Notes: a model not told the origin generated them from the sequence alone. Numbered from the stretch's first letter, positions 51,781 through 62,066 are shown. The stretch: DNA of 64,000 bases from Microcoleus sp. (GCA_042408215.1 JAYFMW010000030.1:192001-256000); one strand, 5' to 3'. Numbers and translations: made by a program.

Positions 51781-53656
51781 ACCAATTGATTCAAATTTAA
51801 GCGCCGTCGTCGAACAAATTGAGCAACAAAATCCCGGTTTGTCAGTTTTGGCGGCGCGTCAATTCCGCTGTCCAAGGCGGCAAACACCTTTAGAGGTGAC
51901 AATTAGCGAACCTCGCAGATTTAATGTTCTCGAAGAATTTATCCTCCGAGCTTGCATTGAGTTTGTACCTGCGCCAACTTTGAAAGAATTGGCTGATTTG
52001 CTGGGCTTAGACGAGATTTTTGTGACAACTACGGCGACTACTTTGGTTAGTTTGGATATCTTGGAGGTGTCTGCAACGGGGAAAATTGCGATCGCACCGG
52101 GAGGACGAGAATTTTTCGAGCTAGGTGCTGTTAGTCGATCGCAAATTCAATCAATTTATGCCATTTCCGATCCTTTAAATCAAAGTCTTACCTTTAACTT
52201 CGATTCTTTACCGACACAAACGGTAAACTTGCCAGATTTAGCAGATTTAGTAGGCCTCGAACATAAAATTGCTGACATTGCCAATTTAAGTATAGCAGAA
52301 ATCCACCCACTAATTCAAGCTTCCGGCTTAGGAATTCATGTACCTGAAAACGGCAAAATTGTATCAAAGTTCGATGTAATTGGCGACGATCAAAATATTT
52401 GGCAAACCATCTCAATTTTTGTTTTGTTTGACGCGATCGAAAATAAAACAAATATCCAAGTGCGACAGGGAAAGCAAATATTAGAAACAGCATCAAACCT
52501 GTTAAACGAACTCGAATTTCAAGAAAAAATATCCTTGAATGACTTGTGCAAATTAACAGAAGATGTTATTTTGCAAGAACAAGCAGCAATCCTCGCCAAG
52601 AAAAATCAAGAAGTTGCAGCGCGATTAGCGAAAATTCAAGAAAAAGCACTCTTCACTGTCAAAGAAACTCAGGTAAACACTGACAGCAATAGTTCCCCAA
52701 CGGTAGCAGAAACTGGTACTGTTGTCTTATTGCGCGACAGCGAAATTCGACAGGATTTCCTGAAAACTCTCAAATCTGCACAACAAAACATCTTTATTTA
52801 TTCTCCTTGGGTCACTCCAGAAGTCGTAGACAGCGAGTTTATTAAAATACTCCAAAATCGAGCCGATCGCGGTGTTTGGACTGCCATAGGCTACGGAATT
52901 GCCCGCAAACAGGAGGAAGAAGACAGGCCCATACCGCCAGAACTTGAGGACAAACTTCGACAAGTTAAAACACCAGAAGGATTGTCAGCAGTACAGATAT
53001 TTTGGCTGGGAAATTCCCACGCAAAGGAAGTAATTGTTGACGGTAAAATTCACTTATCCGGTTCTCACAACTGGCTTTCCTATCGGGGAGATAGACTGCC
53101 GCGAGGCGAAACTACCTATAAAGTTACGATTCCCGATTTAGTGCGAGAAGCTGGCGAATATATGGCGAATCGTTTCCAATCTCGCGCGCTGCAAGTGTGG
53201 AAAGAAGCCGTCACAAATCGAGATGTTACTATTGCTGAAAAGTCTTTTTGTCTGTGGGGTGCGTTGGGGATGGAAGCGGACGCGCTGCAACAATTGCAGC
53301 AGGAAAATTGGCTCGAACTTTATCCAATTTGGCTGCAATTAGTATGTCAGAGTTTGAGGTCAAAACAACTCTCTCCTCTGTCGGATTGTTTGGGGGAAGC
53401 GCTTGGTTTATTGAGTCAAATGTCGGCAGCAGACGGGCCTAGTTCGCCGTTGCAGGAGGGATGGCAACAGGTTATGGGTGCGATCGCAATTCTTGACTCA
53501 AAAACTGCCATAACACTGCTAAATGAGGCATCTTGGCCTGAGTTTGTCCGACTGGGAATAGCTGAAGCATCTATGAATTCCCCAGAAGAATTCATTTCAA
53601 AATATAGCAGTTCTAAGGCTCGGAAACCACCTTTGAAGAAAAAAATAAATAAATAA
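51758..53656 (+). CDS. Protein with an N-terminal wHTH-like region and a single PLD/Nuc-type nuclease domain
   Basis: IYSPWV, HAKEVIVD (HxKxxxxD), GSHNW; overlaps the helicase stop by 23 bp. Confidence 0.82.
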   Translation: MFLASSTKPIDSNLSAVVEQIEQQNPGLSVLAARQFRCPRRQTPLEVTISEPRRFNVLEEFILRACIEFVPAPTLKELADLLGLDEIFVTTTATTLVSLDILEVSATGKIAIAPGGREFFELGAVSRSQIQSIYAISDPLNQSLTFNFDSLPTQTVNLPDLADLVGLEHKIADIANLSIAEIHPLIQASGLGIHVPENGKIVSKFDVIGDDQNIWQTISIFVLFDAIENKTNIQVRQGKQILETASNLLNELEFQEKISLNDLCKLTEDVILQEQAAILAKKNQEVAARLAKIQEKALFTVKETQVNTDSNSSPTVAETGTVVLLRDSEIRQDFLKTLKSAQQNIFIYSPWVTPEVVDSEFIKILQNRADRGVWTAIGYGIARKQEEEDRPIPPELEDKLRQVKTPEGLSAVQIFWLGNSHAKEVIVDGKIHLSGSHNWLSYRGDRLPRGETTYKVTIPDLVREAGEYMANRFQSRALQVWKEAVTNRDVTIAEKSFCLWGALGMEADALQQLQQENWLELYPIWLQLVCQSLRSKQLSPLSDCLGEALGLLSQMSAADGPSSPLQEGWQQVMGAIAILDSKTAITLLNEASWPEFVRLGIAEASMNSPEEFISKYSSSKARKPPLKKKINK

Positions 53657-53854
53657 GTGATATTGAAAATATAGGGTTGTTATCTCGGTGGGTATCCTGG
53701 CATTTTTATTCGGAATGATTTAACCACAGAGGCCACAGAGGGCACAGAGGAAGAGAAGAGGGAGATGCATAATTCTGAGATCAATAATTTTTATATTAAA
53801 GCTTCTGAAGAACAGGCAATATGCCTGTTCTACAATAATTATGGGAGATGTCTA

Positions 53855-55069
53855 TTACTGAGCTTTAACACATTTCAATATCCGCAAAGTAGCCTCCCCC
53901 GCGTAATTCCGTTTTGCTGAATCATCGGGAGCAAACCGACTTCCAGTTTCATTGAGAGACGAAGCAATAGAACAATCAGAAGACTTTTGAGTAATCATCG
54001 AAGCAGCCCAATGACTTTCAGTGTCTGAAAAAGTTTTAGGTTGCTGCTTAGCAATTAACTCCGGCTTCATTCCCCGTACCGACAAGCCAAATTCCGCCGC
54101 TCTTCGCAGTACCGCTATCTATTCAGCGTGAGTGACTGGCTGCGTAGGTTGAAAAGTTCCATCTTTATAGCCACTCACTATCTTGTTATCCCGCGCAAAT
54201 TTAACTTTACCCGCACTCCAGCGCCAGATATCAACATCGCGGTAGGGAGGGGAAGAAATTTTGCTAGGAAATGTTACATTAGCACCTTGTATTCCTTTCA
54301 AAGATTCCAATACTAAAGATACCAATTGCTCTCTGGTGACAGCAAGTTGTGGTCGAAAAGTATTATCTTGAGAAAACCCCGCTACAAACCCAAGCCCCAC
54401 AGCTTCTTTAATTTCAGGAGCGTAGATATCATTAGCAATATCTCCTCATTTCGGAGTGCCCGTATTGCCGCCAATATTGCCGCCAATATTGCCGCCGGTA
54501 TTGCCGCCAATCTCGGACGGTGCGGGTTGATTGGTCGTGAAATAAAAGTGACCTAATGTGCGGCCTTGATAAGCTCTTTTAGTCAAGCGCCAAGCCGGAT
54601 CTAAAACGATTTTCATGAAGCCATTAGACTCGCCATTAGTTCTACCGATAATCACCGATTTAGCATTAGGGTAGATCGGAGCACCCATGAGTACAACATT
54701 GCCATCAACGGTTTCCAAACTCAGACTGTATTTTAATGCTAAATCAACGCCGGCCATGCGAATAGAAAAGCCGTTGCTGTCAGTAGCACGGCCACAAATG
54801 CCTGTGAAATCAAATGTTACCAATAGCGGATCGACTTTCACGGGATTAGAGCCATTTTCGGTCCAGCACTGCCGCTTATCAGATACCTGTTCGACAATTA
54901 GCAATTGGTAGCCACCCAAAGCACGGGGTTGAGCGATCGCAATTACCCGGTCTTGGTTAATTTCTGTTTCGTCAAAAGTAAATGCGATCGCCCCGCCGAT
55001 AGCGCCCACTGTTAAAAGTGCTGAACTAGCCAGTGCTGCGAAGGTTCGTACCAATGAAAATTTCATCAT
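53855..55069 (-). pseudogene. DUF3747 + three SLH-domain protein broken by two in-frame stops; the N-terminal DUF3747 ORF 54446-55069 is intact
   Basis: ORFs 54446-55069, 54119-54400 and 53855-54085 share one frame; read-through gives DIANDIYAPEI..GF..DNTFRP and similar SLH repeats; stops TGA 54448-54446 and TAG 54121-54119. Confidence 0.82.
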
Positions 55070-55336
55070 TTTTCGCTATTTCCACTTATTTTGATTCTAC
55101 ATTTCCACAAAAGACTTGCAAAAATCTATTTCATCTGCGTTAATCTGCGTTAATCCGCTTTGCTCTGCGGTGAAAAATAAAAACATCAGATTTTGGCAAA
55201 AAGTCTAATACAACCATGTCTCGATCGCCAGACAACAAATAGAATTTTACCAGGCCCCAAATACTTATACAAAAAATGGTGCGTTACGCTTCACTAACGC
55301 ACCAATTCAGCGCCGTCGGTTCAAAAATTGCCTGGT

Positions 55337-56329
55337 TTAGCGAAACATACTGCTAACCGAACTATCTTCGTGAATCCGCCAAATAGTTTCTCCCAGCAAA
55401 TTCGCCACCGAAAGCACAGTCAACTGCGGGAAATGGTGTTCTTCTGGCACAGGAATGGTATTTGTCACAATCACCTCTTCCAACACTCCACTCGACAAAC
55501 GCTCGATCGCCGGAGGCGAAAACACCGCATGAGTAGCACAAGCATAAACCTGCCTCGCGCCCTCGCGGCGCAACAGCCTCGCACCCTCAGAAATCGTGCC
55601 CGCAGTATCGATCATATCGTCCACTAACACCGCTGTTTTACCTTTCACATCCCCGATCACGTTCATCACTTCCGCCACATTGTGAGCTTGACGGCGCTTG
55701 TCAATAATTGCCAGAGGCGCGTCGTTCAGCTTTTTCGCAAAAGCCCTCGCCCTTGCGACACCGCCGACATCCGGCGAAACCACAACAATATCCGTCAACT
55801 GCTTGCTCTTGAGATAATCTAGGAGTATGGGCGACCCGTAAACGTGGTCAAAAGGAATGTCAAAATAACCTTGAATTTGAGCCGAGTGCAAATCCATCGC
55901 CAAAATCCGACCGGCCCCAGCCTCAGTAATCAAATTCGCCACCAACTTCGCAGTAATCGACTCTCGCCCGGCTGTTTTGCGATCGGCCCTAGCATACCCA
56001 TAGTAAGGAATCACGGCAGTAACTTGCCTTGCCGAAGCGCGGCGACAAGCATCGATCATAATTAACAATTCCATGAGACGATCGTTTACCGGACAGCAAG
56101 TTGGCTGAATCAAGTAGACATCGCAACCCCGAATGGATTCTTGAATTTGAACGTAGAGTTCTCCATCAGCGAACCGCTTGCGAACCATCGGCCCCAAATC
56201 GATCCCCAGATAGCGAGCCACCTCTTGGGCGAGGGGAACATTAGCAGAACCAGAGAACAGCCGCAGACGGTCATGAGCGGAAGCCGGCGGCTCTGGAAGC
56301 GGAAGCGGTAAAGTAGCAGAACGGATCAC
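55337..56329 (-). CDS. prs: Ribose-phosphate pyrophosphokinase
   Basis: FADGE, PYYGYARADRK, DLHSAQIQG, VDDMIDTAGT. Confidence 0.97.
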   Translation of the reverse strand: MIRSATLPLPLPEPPASAHDRLRLFSGSANVPLAQEVARYLGIDLGPMVRKRFADGELYVQIQESIRGCDVYLIQPTCCPVNDRLMELLIMIDACRRASARQVTAVIPYYGYARADRKTAGRESITAKLVANLITEAGAGRILAMDLHSAQIQGYFDIPFDHVYGSPILLDYLKSKQLTDIVVVSPDVGGVARARAFAKKLNDAPLAIIDKRRQAHNVAEVMNVIGDVKGKTAVLVDDMIDTAGTISEGARLLRREGARQVYACATHAVFSPPAIERLSSGVLEEVIVTNTIPVPEEHHFPQLTVLSVANLLGETIWRIHEDSSVSSMFR

Positions 56330-56490
56330 AGCAGGCCTCTTGCAGGACGTTTATTTTACGGTTATCTTACCACTTCAAACTCGAAATATGCAGCAGTAAA
56401 TTTTCCTAAGTTTCAGACGTGCAAAGGAAAAATTTTATACCATGTCGATTTTTTTTAGCCTGCGACGAGAATCGGGGCGATCGAAATGAC

Positions 56491-56779
56491 TTGACATACT
56501 CACTGCCCTAAAAGTGCAGTGATTCTTGACAGTTCATCGGGATGTGCTACCGAAGTAGTCTTACCTTCCCTCCTTGTCCGTTTAAAGTCTCCCAATGCCC
56601 TAGGGCGACTTTGTACTCTTGCTTCCGGGTTGGAGTCAACCATTGCCCTTTTGGCTGTCCCTAAGTTTGCTCTCATCGTAGCTGTTTCAACGTGTCTTGA
56701 GCCTAGAGATCCTCTGAGTATCTGAGTATTCTAACACAAAGCCGTCCTACAAGGACGGGGTTTTAAACCCAATTTTCTG
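56491..56779 (-). mobile_element. Non-autonomous IS605-type mini-element
   Basis: Left end TTAT|CAGAAAATTGGGTTTAAAACCCCGTCCTTGTAGGACGGC; right end ...TATGTCAA; shares GTCCGTTTA.AGTCTCCCAATGCCCT with 10823-11004. Confidence 0.85.
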
Positions 56780-56876
56780 ATAAATACGCAATAAACTGGA
56801 AAAATACTGTAAAAAAAGTTAAGAATCTGAGGCAAGCGTCCAGATTTTTGATACTAGCAAAGCCCGGGGAAAATAG

Positions 56877-57335
56877 ATGAGCTTAAGAGAACGCATTGAC
56901 GCCGAAATCAAAGCAGCCATGAAGTCCAAGGACAAAGTTCGCTTGGAAACAGTTCGCAGCATCAAGAAATTTATTCTCGAAAAAGAAGTCAGCCTTCGTC
57001 CTTCGGGGCAGGAAACGCTGACAGAAGCTCAAGAAATGGAAATTTTGGTGCAAATAGCGAAGCAGCGCCGGGATTCGATCGAACAATACCGCAAAGGTGG
57101 CCGCGAAGATTTAGTGGCACAAGAGGCGGCGGAGTTGGCAATTGTTGAAGAATATTTGCCACGTCAGATGTCTGACGAAGAGGTGAGTGCAGTCATTGAC
57201 GAAGTTATTGCTTCGCTTGGGGCGACTTCTGCAAAAGATCTGGGCAAGGTGATGGGGGCGGCGATGCAGCAGCTTAAAGGTAAAGCAGATGGCAAGAAAA
57301 TTCAAGACGCGGTGAAAGCAAAGCTTAGTCATTAG
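56877..57335 (+). CDS. GatB/YqeY domain protein
   Basis: KAAMK.KD..RL..R, KQRRDSIEQY..GGREDL..E..E...YLP, DLGKVMG..GKADG. Confidence 0.93.
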   Translation: MSLRERIDAEIKAAMKSKDKVRLETVRSIKKFILEKEVSLRPSGQETLTEAQEMEILVQIAKQRRDSIEQYRKGGREDLVAQEAAELAIVEEYLPRQMSDEEVSAVIDEVIASLGATSAKDLGKVMGAAMQQLKGKADGKKIQDAVKAKLSH

Positions 57336-57419
57336 TCATTAGTCCTTAGTCAGCAGTCATTAGTCAGCAGTCAGCAGTCCTTAGTCAGCAGTCATTAGTC
57401 AGCAGTCAGCAGTCAGCAG
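57326..57419. repeat. STRR heptamer tract (TAGTCAT/CAGTCAG)n
   Basis: About 13 tandem degenerate 7-mers. Confidence 0.85.
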
Positions 57420-57634
57420 GAAAAATGCAGGGGCAAACCCCCGTGGTAGCCCCTGCTTTATTTCAAGGTTGCTCCTGCTGAAACCAGCAAAAAAAACTGG
57501 TTTCTCAAAGTTGCGTAAAAAAAAGTAAAATGCTAACTTTGGTCGGGACTGGCAGGTAAAGAATGTGAAGTATGCTTTTGAGCCTGAAAAATCTAGCAGT
57601 CTAACTCTCTTATTTTAAACATTGTCTACTTAAA

Positions 57635-59344
57635 ATGATACAGCCACCTATTGCTATTGGAACTCTCCTACAAAACCGTTACCGCTTACTGAATATTTTA
57701 GGTCAAGGAGGATTTGGCCGCACTTATTTAGTAGAAGACTTGGGGCGGTTTCAAGAACGTTGCGCCCTGAAGGAATTTATTCCGGTGCAAAGTGGGCCTT
57801 ATGTTTTGGAAAAGTCGAAGGAGTTGTTTCAAAGAGAGGCGGCAATTCTTTATCAAATTCAGCACCCGCAAATTCCCCAGTTTCGGGCAATATTTGAGGA
57901 GAATCAGCGTTTATTTTTGGTGCAGGATTACGTCGAAGGGAAAACTTACCGGGAAATACTGCTCGATCGCACTTCAACGGGCCACACCTTCAGTGAAGCC
58001 GAAGTCCTGGTATTTATCCGGCAAATGTTACCTGTGCTGGCTCACATCCACGCCCGCGGCATCATTCACCGCGACATCTCGCCGGAAAACATTATTCTCC
58101 GTGAAAATGACAAAATGCCGGTGCTGATTGACTTTGGGGTAGTGAAGGAACTCGCCACCAAAGTACAGTCTCCCGAAGGCACAGCCCACGCAACAACTGT
58201 GGGTAAAATCGGTTACGCGCCGATCGAACAATTGCAAAGCGGGCGAGCCACAGCCAGCAGCGACCTCTACGCTTTAGCAGTAACAGCGATCGTCCTGCTG
58301 ACAGGGAAAGAACCCCAAGAATTACTCGATCAAACCACCCTGCTGTGGAATTGGCAGCAGCGAGTGCAGGTAAGTACAGATTTGACTTTGGTGTTAAATC
58401 GGATGTTGAGCCGCAGTCCAGCCGATCGCTATCAATCAGTCAGCGAAGTCGCCAAAGCACTCGACGGACAAACGAATCCCTATGCTAACCCCCAAACCGT
58501 AGCCCCGACTCAGCCACCGATGTCGTCCAATGTTTCGCAAGTAGCAACGGTAGCCGTGGGGAGGCGGCCAGATTCGATCGCCCAAAGTTCCCACTCACCA
58601 AACCAGCCAGGTCCAGTCATCGAGCCTGGAAGCGGTTCTTTGTGGGACAATCCAATGGCTGCGATCGGCATCGGTGCAGGTTTAGTCATCTTGACCGGCT
58701 TCGGTTCCTGGGCCTTAGTAGGTTCATTTCTGAATAAGGGGTCACAGCCAACCCCGACCCCACCAGCACTCACAAGTCCAACCCCAGAAACGTCGCCGAC
58801 ACCAACTCCAGAACCGTCGCCGACACCAGCCCCAGAACCAGCCCCAGAAACAGCCCCAGAAACAGTCCCAGAAACAGCCCCAGAAACAGCCCCAGAAACA
58901 GTCCCAGAAACAGCCCCAGAAACAGCCCCAGAAACAGTCCCAGAAACAGTCCCAGAAACAGCCCCAGAAACAGCCCCAGAAACAGTCCCAGAAACAGCCC
59001 CAGAAACAGCCCCAGAAACAGTCCCAGAAACAGCACCGACGCCAGCACCAGCACCCGCGCCAACTCCCGCACCAGCGCCGTCGCCAGCACCAGCGCCAAC
59101 TCCAGCGCCCAAACCGACGCCAGCACCAGCACCAGCGCCAACTCCCGCACCAGCGCCAACTCCCGCACCAGCACCCGCGCCATCGCCCGAACCAGTGCCA
59201 ACTCCCGCACCAGCACCCGCGCCATCGCCCGAACCAGCGCCAACTCCCGCACCGGCACCCGCGCCATCGCCCGAACCAGCGCCAACTCCCGCACCAGCAC
59301 CCGCGCCGGCTGAAAATCCCACCCAACCATCGCCTCCTCTTTAG
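57635..59344 (+). CDS. Membrane Ser/Thr kinase with a long Pro/Thr/Ala/Glu-rich C-terminal tail
   Basis: LGQGGFG, HRDISPEN, IDFG, TM segment IGIGAGLVILTGFGSWALV, PET(A/V) and PAP repeats. Confidence 0.93.
   Translation: MIQPPIAIGTLLQNRYRLLNILGQGGFGRTYLVEDLGRFQERCALKEFIPVQSGPYVLEKSKELFQREAAILYQIQHPQIPQFRAIFEENQRLFLVQDYVEGKTYREILLDRTSTGHTFSEAEVLVFIRQMLPVLAHIHARGIIHRDISPENIILRENDKMPVLIDFGVVKELATKVQSPEGTAHATTVGKIGYAPIEQLQSGRATASSDLYALAVTAIVLLTGKEPQELLDQTTLLWNWQQRVQVSTDLTLVLNRMLSRSPADRYQSVSEVAKALDGQTNPYANPQTVAPTQPPMSSNVSQVATVAVGRRPDSIAQSSHSPNQPGPVIEPGSGSLWDNPMAAIGIGAGLVILTGFGSWALVGSFLNKGSQPTPTPPALTSPTPETSPTPTPEPSPTPAPEPAPETAPETVPETAPETAPETVPETAPETAPETVPETVPETAPETAPETVPETAPETAPETVPETAPTPAPAPAPTPAPAPSPAPAPTPAPKPTPAPAPAPTPAPAPTPAPAPAPSPEPVPTPAPAPAPSPEPAPTPAPAPAPSPEPAPTPAPAPAPAENPTQPSPPL
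58844..59035 (+). repeat. Coding 12-bp VNTR, CCAGAAACAG(C/T)C x16
   Basis: Encodes PETA/PETV x16. Confidence 0.9.
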
Positions 59345-59410
59345 AGGCTTCTGGCAAAATTCCCCTAGACTGAAGTTGAGACCAATTACCCATTACCTAT
59401 TAGCTATTTA

Positions 59411-60118
59411 ATGAACTCCCTGCTAATTGCTGGAACTGATACCGACGCCGGCAAAACTGTTTTGACGAGTGCTCTGGCTGCTTATTGGCAAATGTATGTT
59501 TCCGATCGCAGTTTGGGAATTATGAAACTGTTGCAAACAGGAACAGGCGATCGCGAACTCTACACCCGTTTATTTGCCCTCGACCAAACCCCCGAAGAAC
59601 TCAACCCGCTGCACTTCAGCGCCCCTGTAGCACCCCCGATTGCCGCCGAACGGGAAGCCCGACATATTGAGTTAGAAAAGGTCTGGAAGGCGCTGCAAAG
59701 CCTCACTGAGCGCAAGGATTTTGTGTTGGTGGAGGCTTTGGGAGGGCTGGGTTCCCCTGTAACACGGGAACTGACGGTGGCTGACATTGCCAGAGATTGG
59801 CGGATGAGGGGGGTTTTGGTAGTCCCGGTGAGGTTGGGGGCGATCGGGCAAGCTGTAGCGAATGTTGCTCTCGCCAGACACAGCGGCTTTAACCTCAGAG
59901 GTATTGTCCTCAACTGTGTTCAAGCTTCTTCCGAACAAGAAATTGCGGATTGGACACCCATCGACTTAATCGAGTCCCTAACTCAAATCCCTGTTTTGGG
60001 TATTTTGCCCCATTTAGATGACCCAAATGACCTTGCCAAATTAGCTCAAGCTGCTTCAGAATTAGATTTAGAAAGATTGTTACATGGGGTCAATTTGGTT
60101 GCTCAGACTTTAAAATAA
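59411..60118 (+). CDS. bioD: Dethiobiotin synthase
   Basis: AGTDTDAGKT, MKLLQTG, LVEALGGLGSP. Confidence 0.93.
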   Translation: MNSLLIAGTDTDAGKTVLTSALAAYWQMYVSDRSLGIMKLLQTGTGDRELYTRLFALDQTPEELNPLHFSAPVAPPIAAEREARHIELEKVWKALQSLTERKDFVLVEALGGLGSPVTRELTVADIARDWRMRGVLVVPVRLGAIGQAVANVALARHSGFNLRGIVLNCVQASSEQEIADWTPIDLIESLTQIPVLGILPHLDDPNDLAKLAQAASELDLERLLHGVNLVAQTLK

Positions 60119-60123
60119 CCCTA

Positions 60124-60838
60124 TTCTCAAAACATCTCTTTTTCAATCTGATCTTTCTCTGCGTACTCTGCGGCCTCTGTGGTGAAAAACTCAGATTTTA
60201 TTTGAACCGCAGAGAGCGCAGAGAGCGCAGAGAAGGAAAAGAGAGGGTTTCACACATTATTCAGAATTCTCAACACCTCTCTTTTTCAATCTGATCTTTC
60301 TCTGTGTACTCTGTGCCCTCTGTGGTAAAAAACTCAGATTTTATTTGAACCGCAGAGAGCGCCGAGAGCACAGAGAAGGAAAAGAGAGAGTTTCACAAAT
60401 TATTCAGAATTCTCAACACCTCTCTTTTTCAATCTGATCTTTCTCTGCGTACTCTGCGCCCTCTGTGGTGAAAAACTCAGATTTTATTTGAACCGCAGAG
60501 AGCGCCGAGAGCGCAGAGAAGGAAAAGAGAGGGTTTCACAAATTATTCAGAATTCTCAAAACCTCTCTTTTTCAATCTGATCTTTCTCTGCGTACTCTGC
60601 GCCCTCTGTGGTAAAAAACTCAGATTTTATTTGAACCGCAGAGAGCGCCGAGAGCGCCGAGAAGGAAAAGAGAGGGTTTCACAAATTATTCAGAATTCTC
60701 AACACCTCTCTTTTTCAATCTGATCTTTCTCTGCGTACTCTGCGGCCTCTGTGGTGAAAAACTCAGATTTTATTTGAACCGCAGAGAGCGCAGAGAGCGC
60801 AGAGAAGGAAAAGAGAGGGTTTCACACATTATTCAGAA
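60124..60838. repeat. Five tandem copies of a 143-bp unit with internal inverted repeats, BIME-like
   Basis: TCAGATTTTATTTGAACC recurs at 60191, 60334, 60477, 60620 and 60763; no unique spacers. Confidence 0.92.
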
Positions 60839-60851
60839 AGGAGCATAAAAA

Positions 60852-62066
60852 ATGGTTTCTACTTTGCCTAATTTAACTTCTGTTGATTTATCTCAATTGC
60901 GGCTTGAGATTAGAAATTTGCAGCCTCAGTTAGTGGAATGGCGTCGCCGTTTGCACCAAAAACCTGAGTTGAGTTTTGCGGAAAATTTAACGGCGGAGTT
61001 TGTATCGCAAAAGTTGCAGGAATGGGGAATTGAGCATCAAACTGGTATTGCTCAAACTGGGATTGTCGCCACTATCGACAGCGGCAAACCTGGGCCTGTT
61101 TTGGCAATTCGAGCTGATATGGATGCTTTGCCGATTCAAGAGGAAAATGAGGTATGTTATCGATCGCAACATAACGGAATTATGCACGCTTGTGGCCATG
61201 ATGGTCATATTGCGATCGCCCTCGGTACTGCTTGTTATCTAGCTAAGCACAAACACAGCTTTTCGGGCACTGTAAAAATTATCTTCCAGCCAGCGGAAGA
61301 AGGCCCTGGCGGTGCGAAGCCGATGATTGAAGCCGGAGTTTTAAGGAATCCTGACGTTGATGCGATCGTCGGCTTGCATTTGTGGAACAATCTGCCTTTA
61401 GGCACTGTAGGCGTCCGTAGCGGCGCGCTGATGGCCGCAGTGGAAATTTTTGATTGCACAATTTTGGGCAAAGGTGGACACGGTGGGATGCCGCATCAGA
61501 CTGTAGATTCGATCGTAGTTGCAGCCCAAATTGTCAATGCTTTGCAGGCAATTGTAGCGCGGAATATCGATCCGATCGACTCCGCAGTAGTAACCGTCGG
61601 CACATTCCACGCAGGCCACACCCACAACGTCATTGCTGATACCGCTCAAATGGGCGGCACGGTGCGTTATTTCAATCCAGCATATCAAGGTTATTTTGAC
61701 AAGCGAATCGAGCAAGTAATTGCCGGAATTTGTCAGAGTCACGGGGCTAATTATCAATTAGATTATTATTCGCTTTACCCGCCGGTAATCAACGATGCTA
61801 ACATGGCTGAATTGGTGCGTAGTGTTGCAGAATCCGTTGTGGAAACTCCAGCGGGAATCGTGCCGGAATGTCAAACTATGGGCGGGGAAGATATGTCATT
61901 CTTTTTGCAAGAAGTGCCCGGTTGCTATTTCTTTTTGGGTTCGGCAAATCAGGAGAAAAATTTGGCTTACCCGCACCACCACCCGCGTTTTGATTTTGAT
62001 GAAACTGCTTTGGGGATGGGTGTAGAAATGTTTGTGCGCTGTGTAGAAAAGTTTTGTGTGATGTGA
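60852..62066 (+). CDS. M20D family amidohydrolase (N-acyl-L-amino acid amidohydrolase-like)
   Basis: RRRLHQKPEL, RADMDAL, MHACGHDGH, FQPAEE, GEDMS, HHHPRF. Confidence 0.93.
   Translation: MVSTLPNLTSVDLSQLRLEIRNLQPQLVEWRRRLHQKPELSFAENLTAEFVSQKLQEWGIEHQTGIAQTGIVATIDSGKPGPVLAIRADMDALPIQEENEVCYRSQHNGIMHACGHDGHIAIALGTACYLAKHKHSFSGTVKIIFQPAEEGPGGAKPMIEAGVLRNPDVDAIVGLHLWNNLPLGTVGVRSGALMAAVEIFDCTILGKGGHGGMPHQTVDSIVVAAQIVNALQAIVARNIDPIDSAVVTVGTFHAGHTHNVIADTAQMGGTVRYFNPAYQGYFDKRIEQVIAGICQSHGANYQLDYYSLYPPVINDANMAELVRSVAESVVETPAGIVPECQTMGGEDMSFFLQEVPGCYFFLGSANQEKNLAYPHHHPRFDFDETALGMGVEMFVRCVEKFCVM

Noticed and set aside
47120..53860. Integrative element with att repeats at tRNA-His
   Set aside because: No integrase, and no duplicate of the tRNA 3' end was spotted downstream.
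58510..59393. Three long minus-strand ORFs (GAGAG-, WGCF- and LGLF-rich)
   Set aside because: Shadows of the kinase's coding tandem repeat.
60124..60838. CRISPR array
   Set aside because: Whole 143-bp units repeat with no unique spacers, and there are no cas genes in the window.
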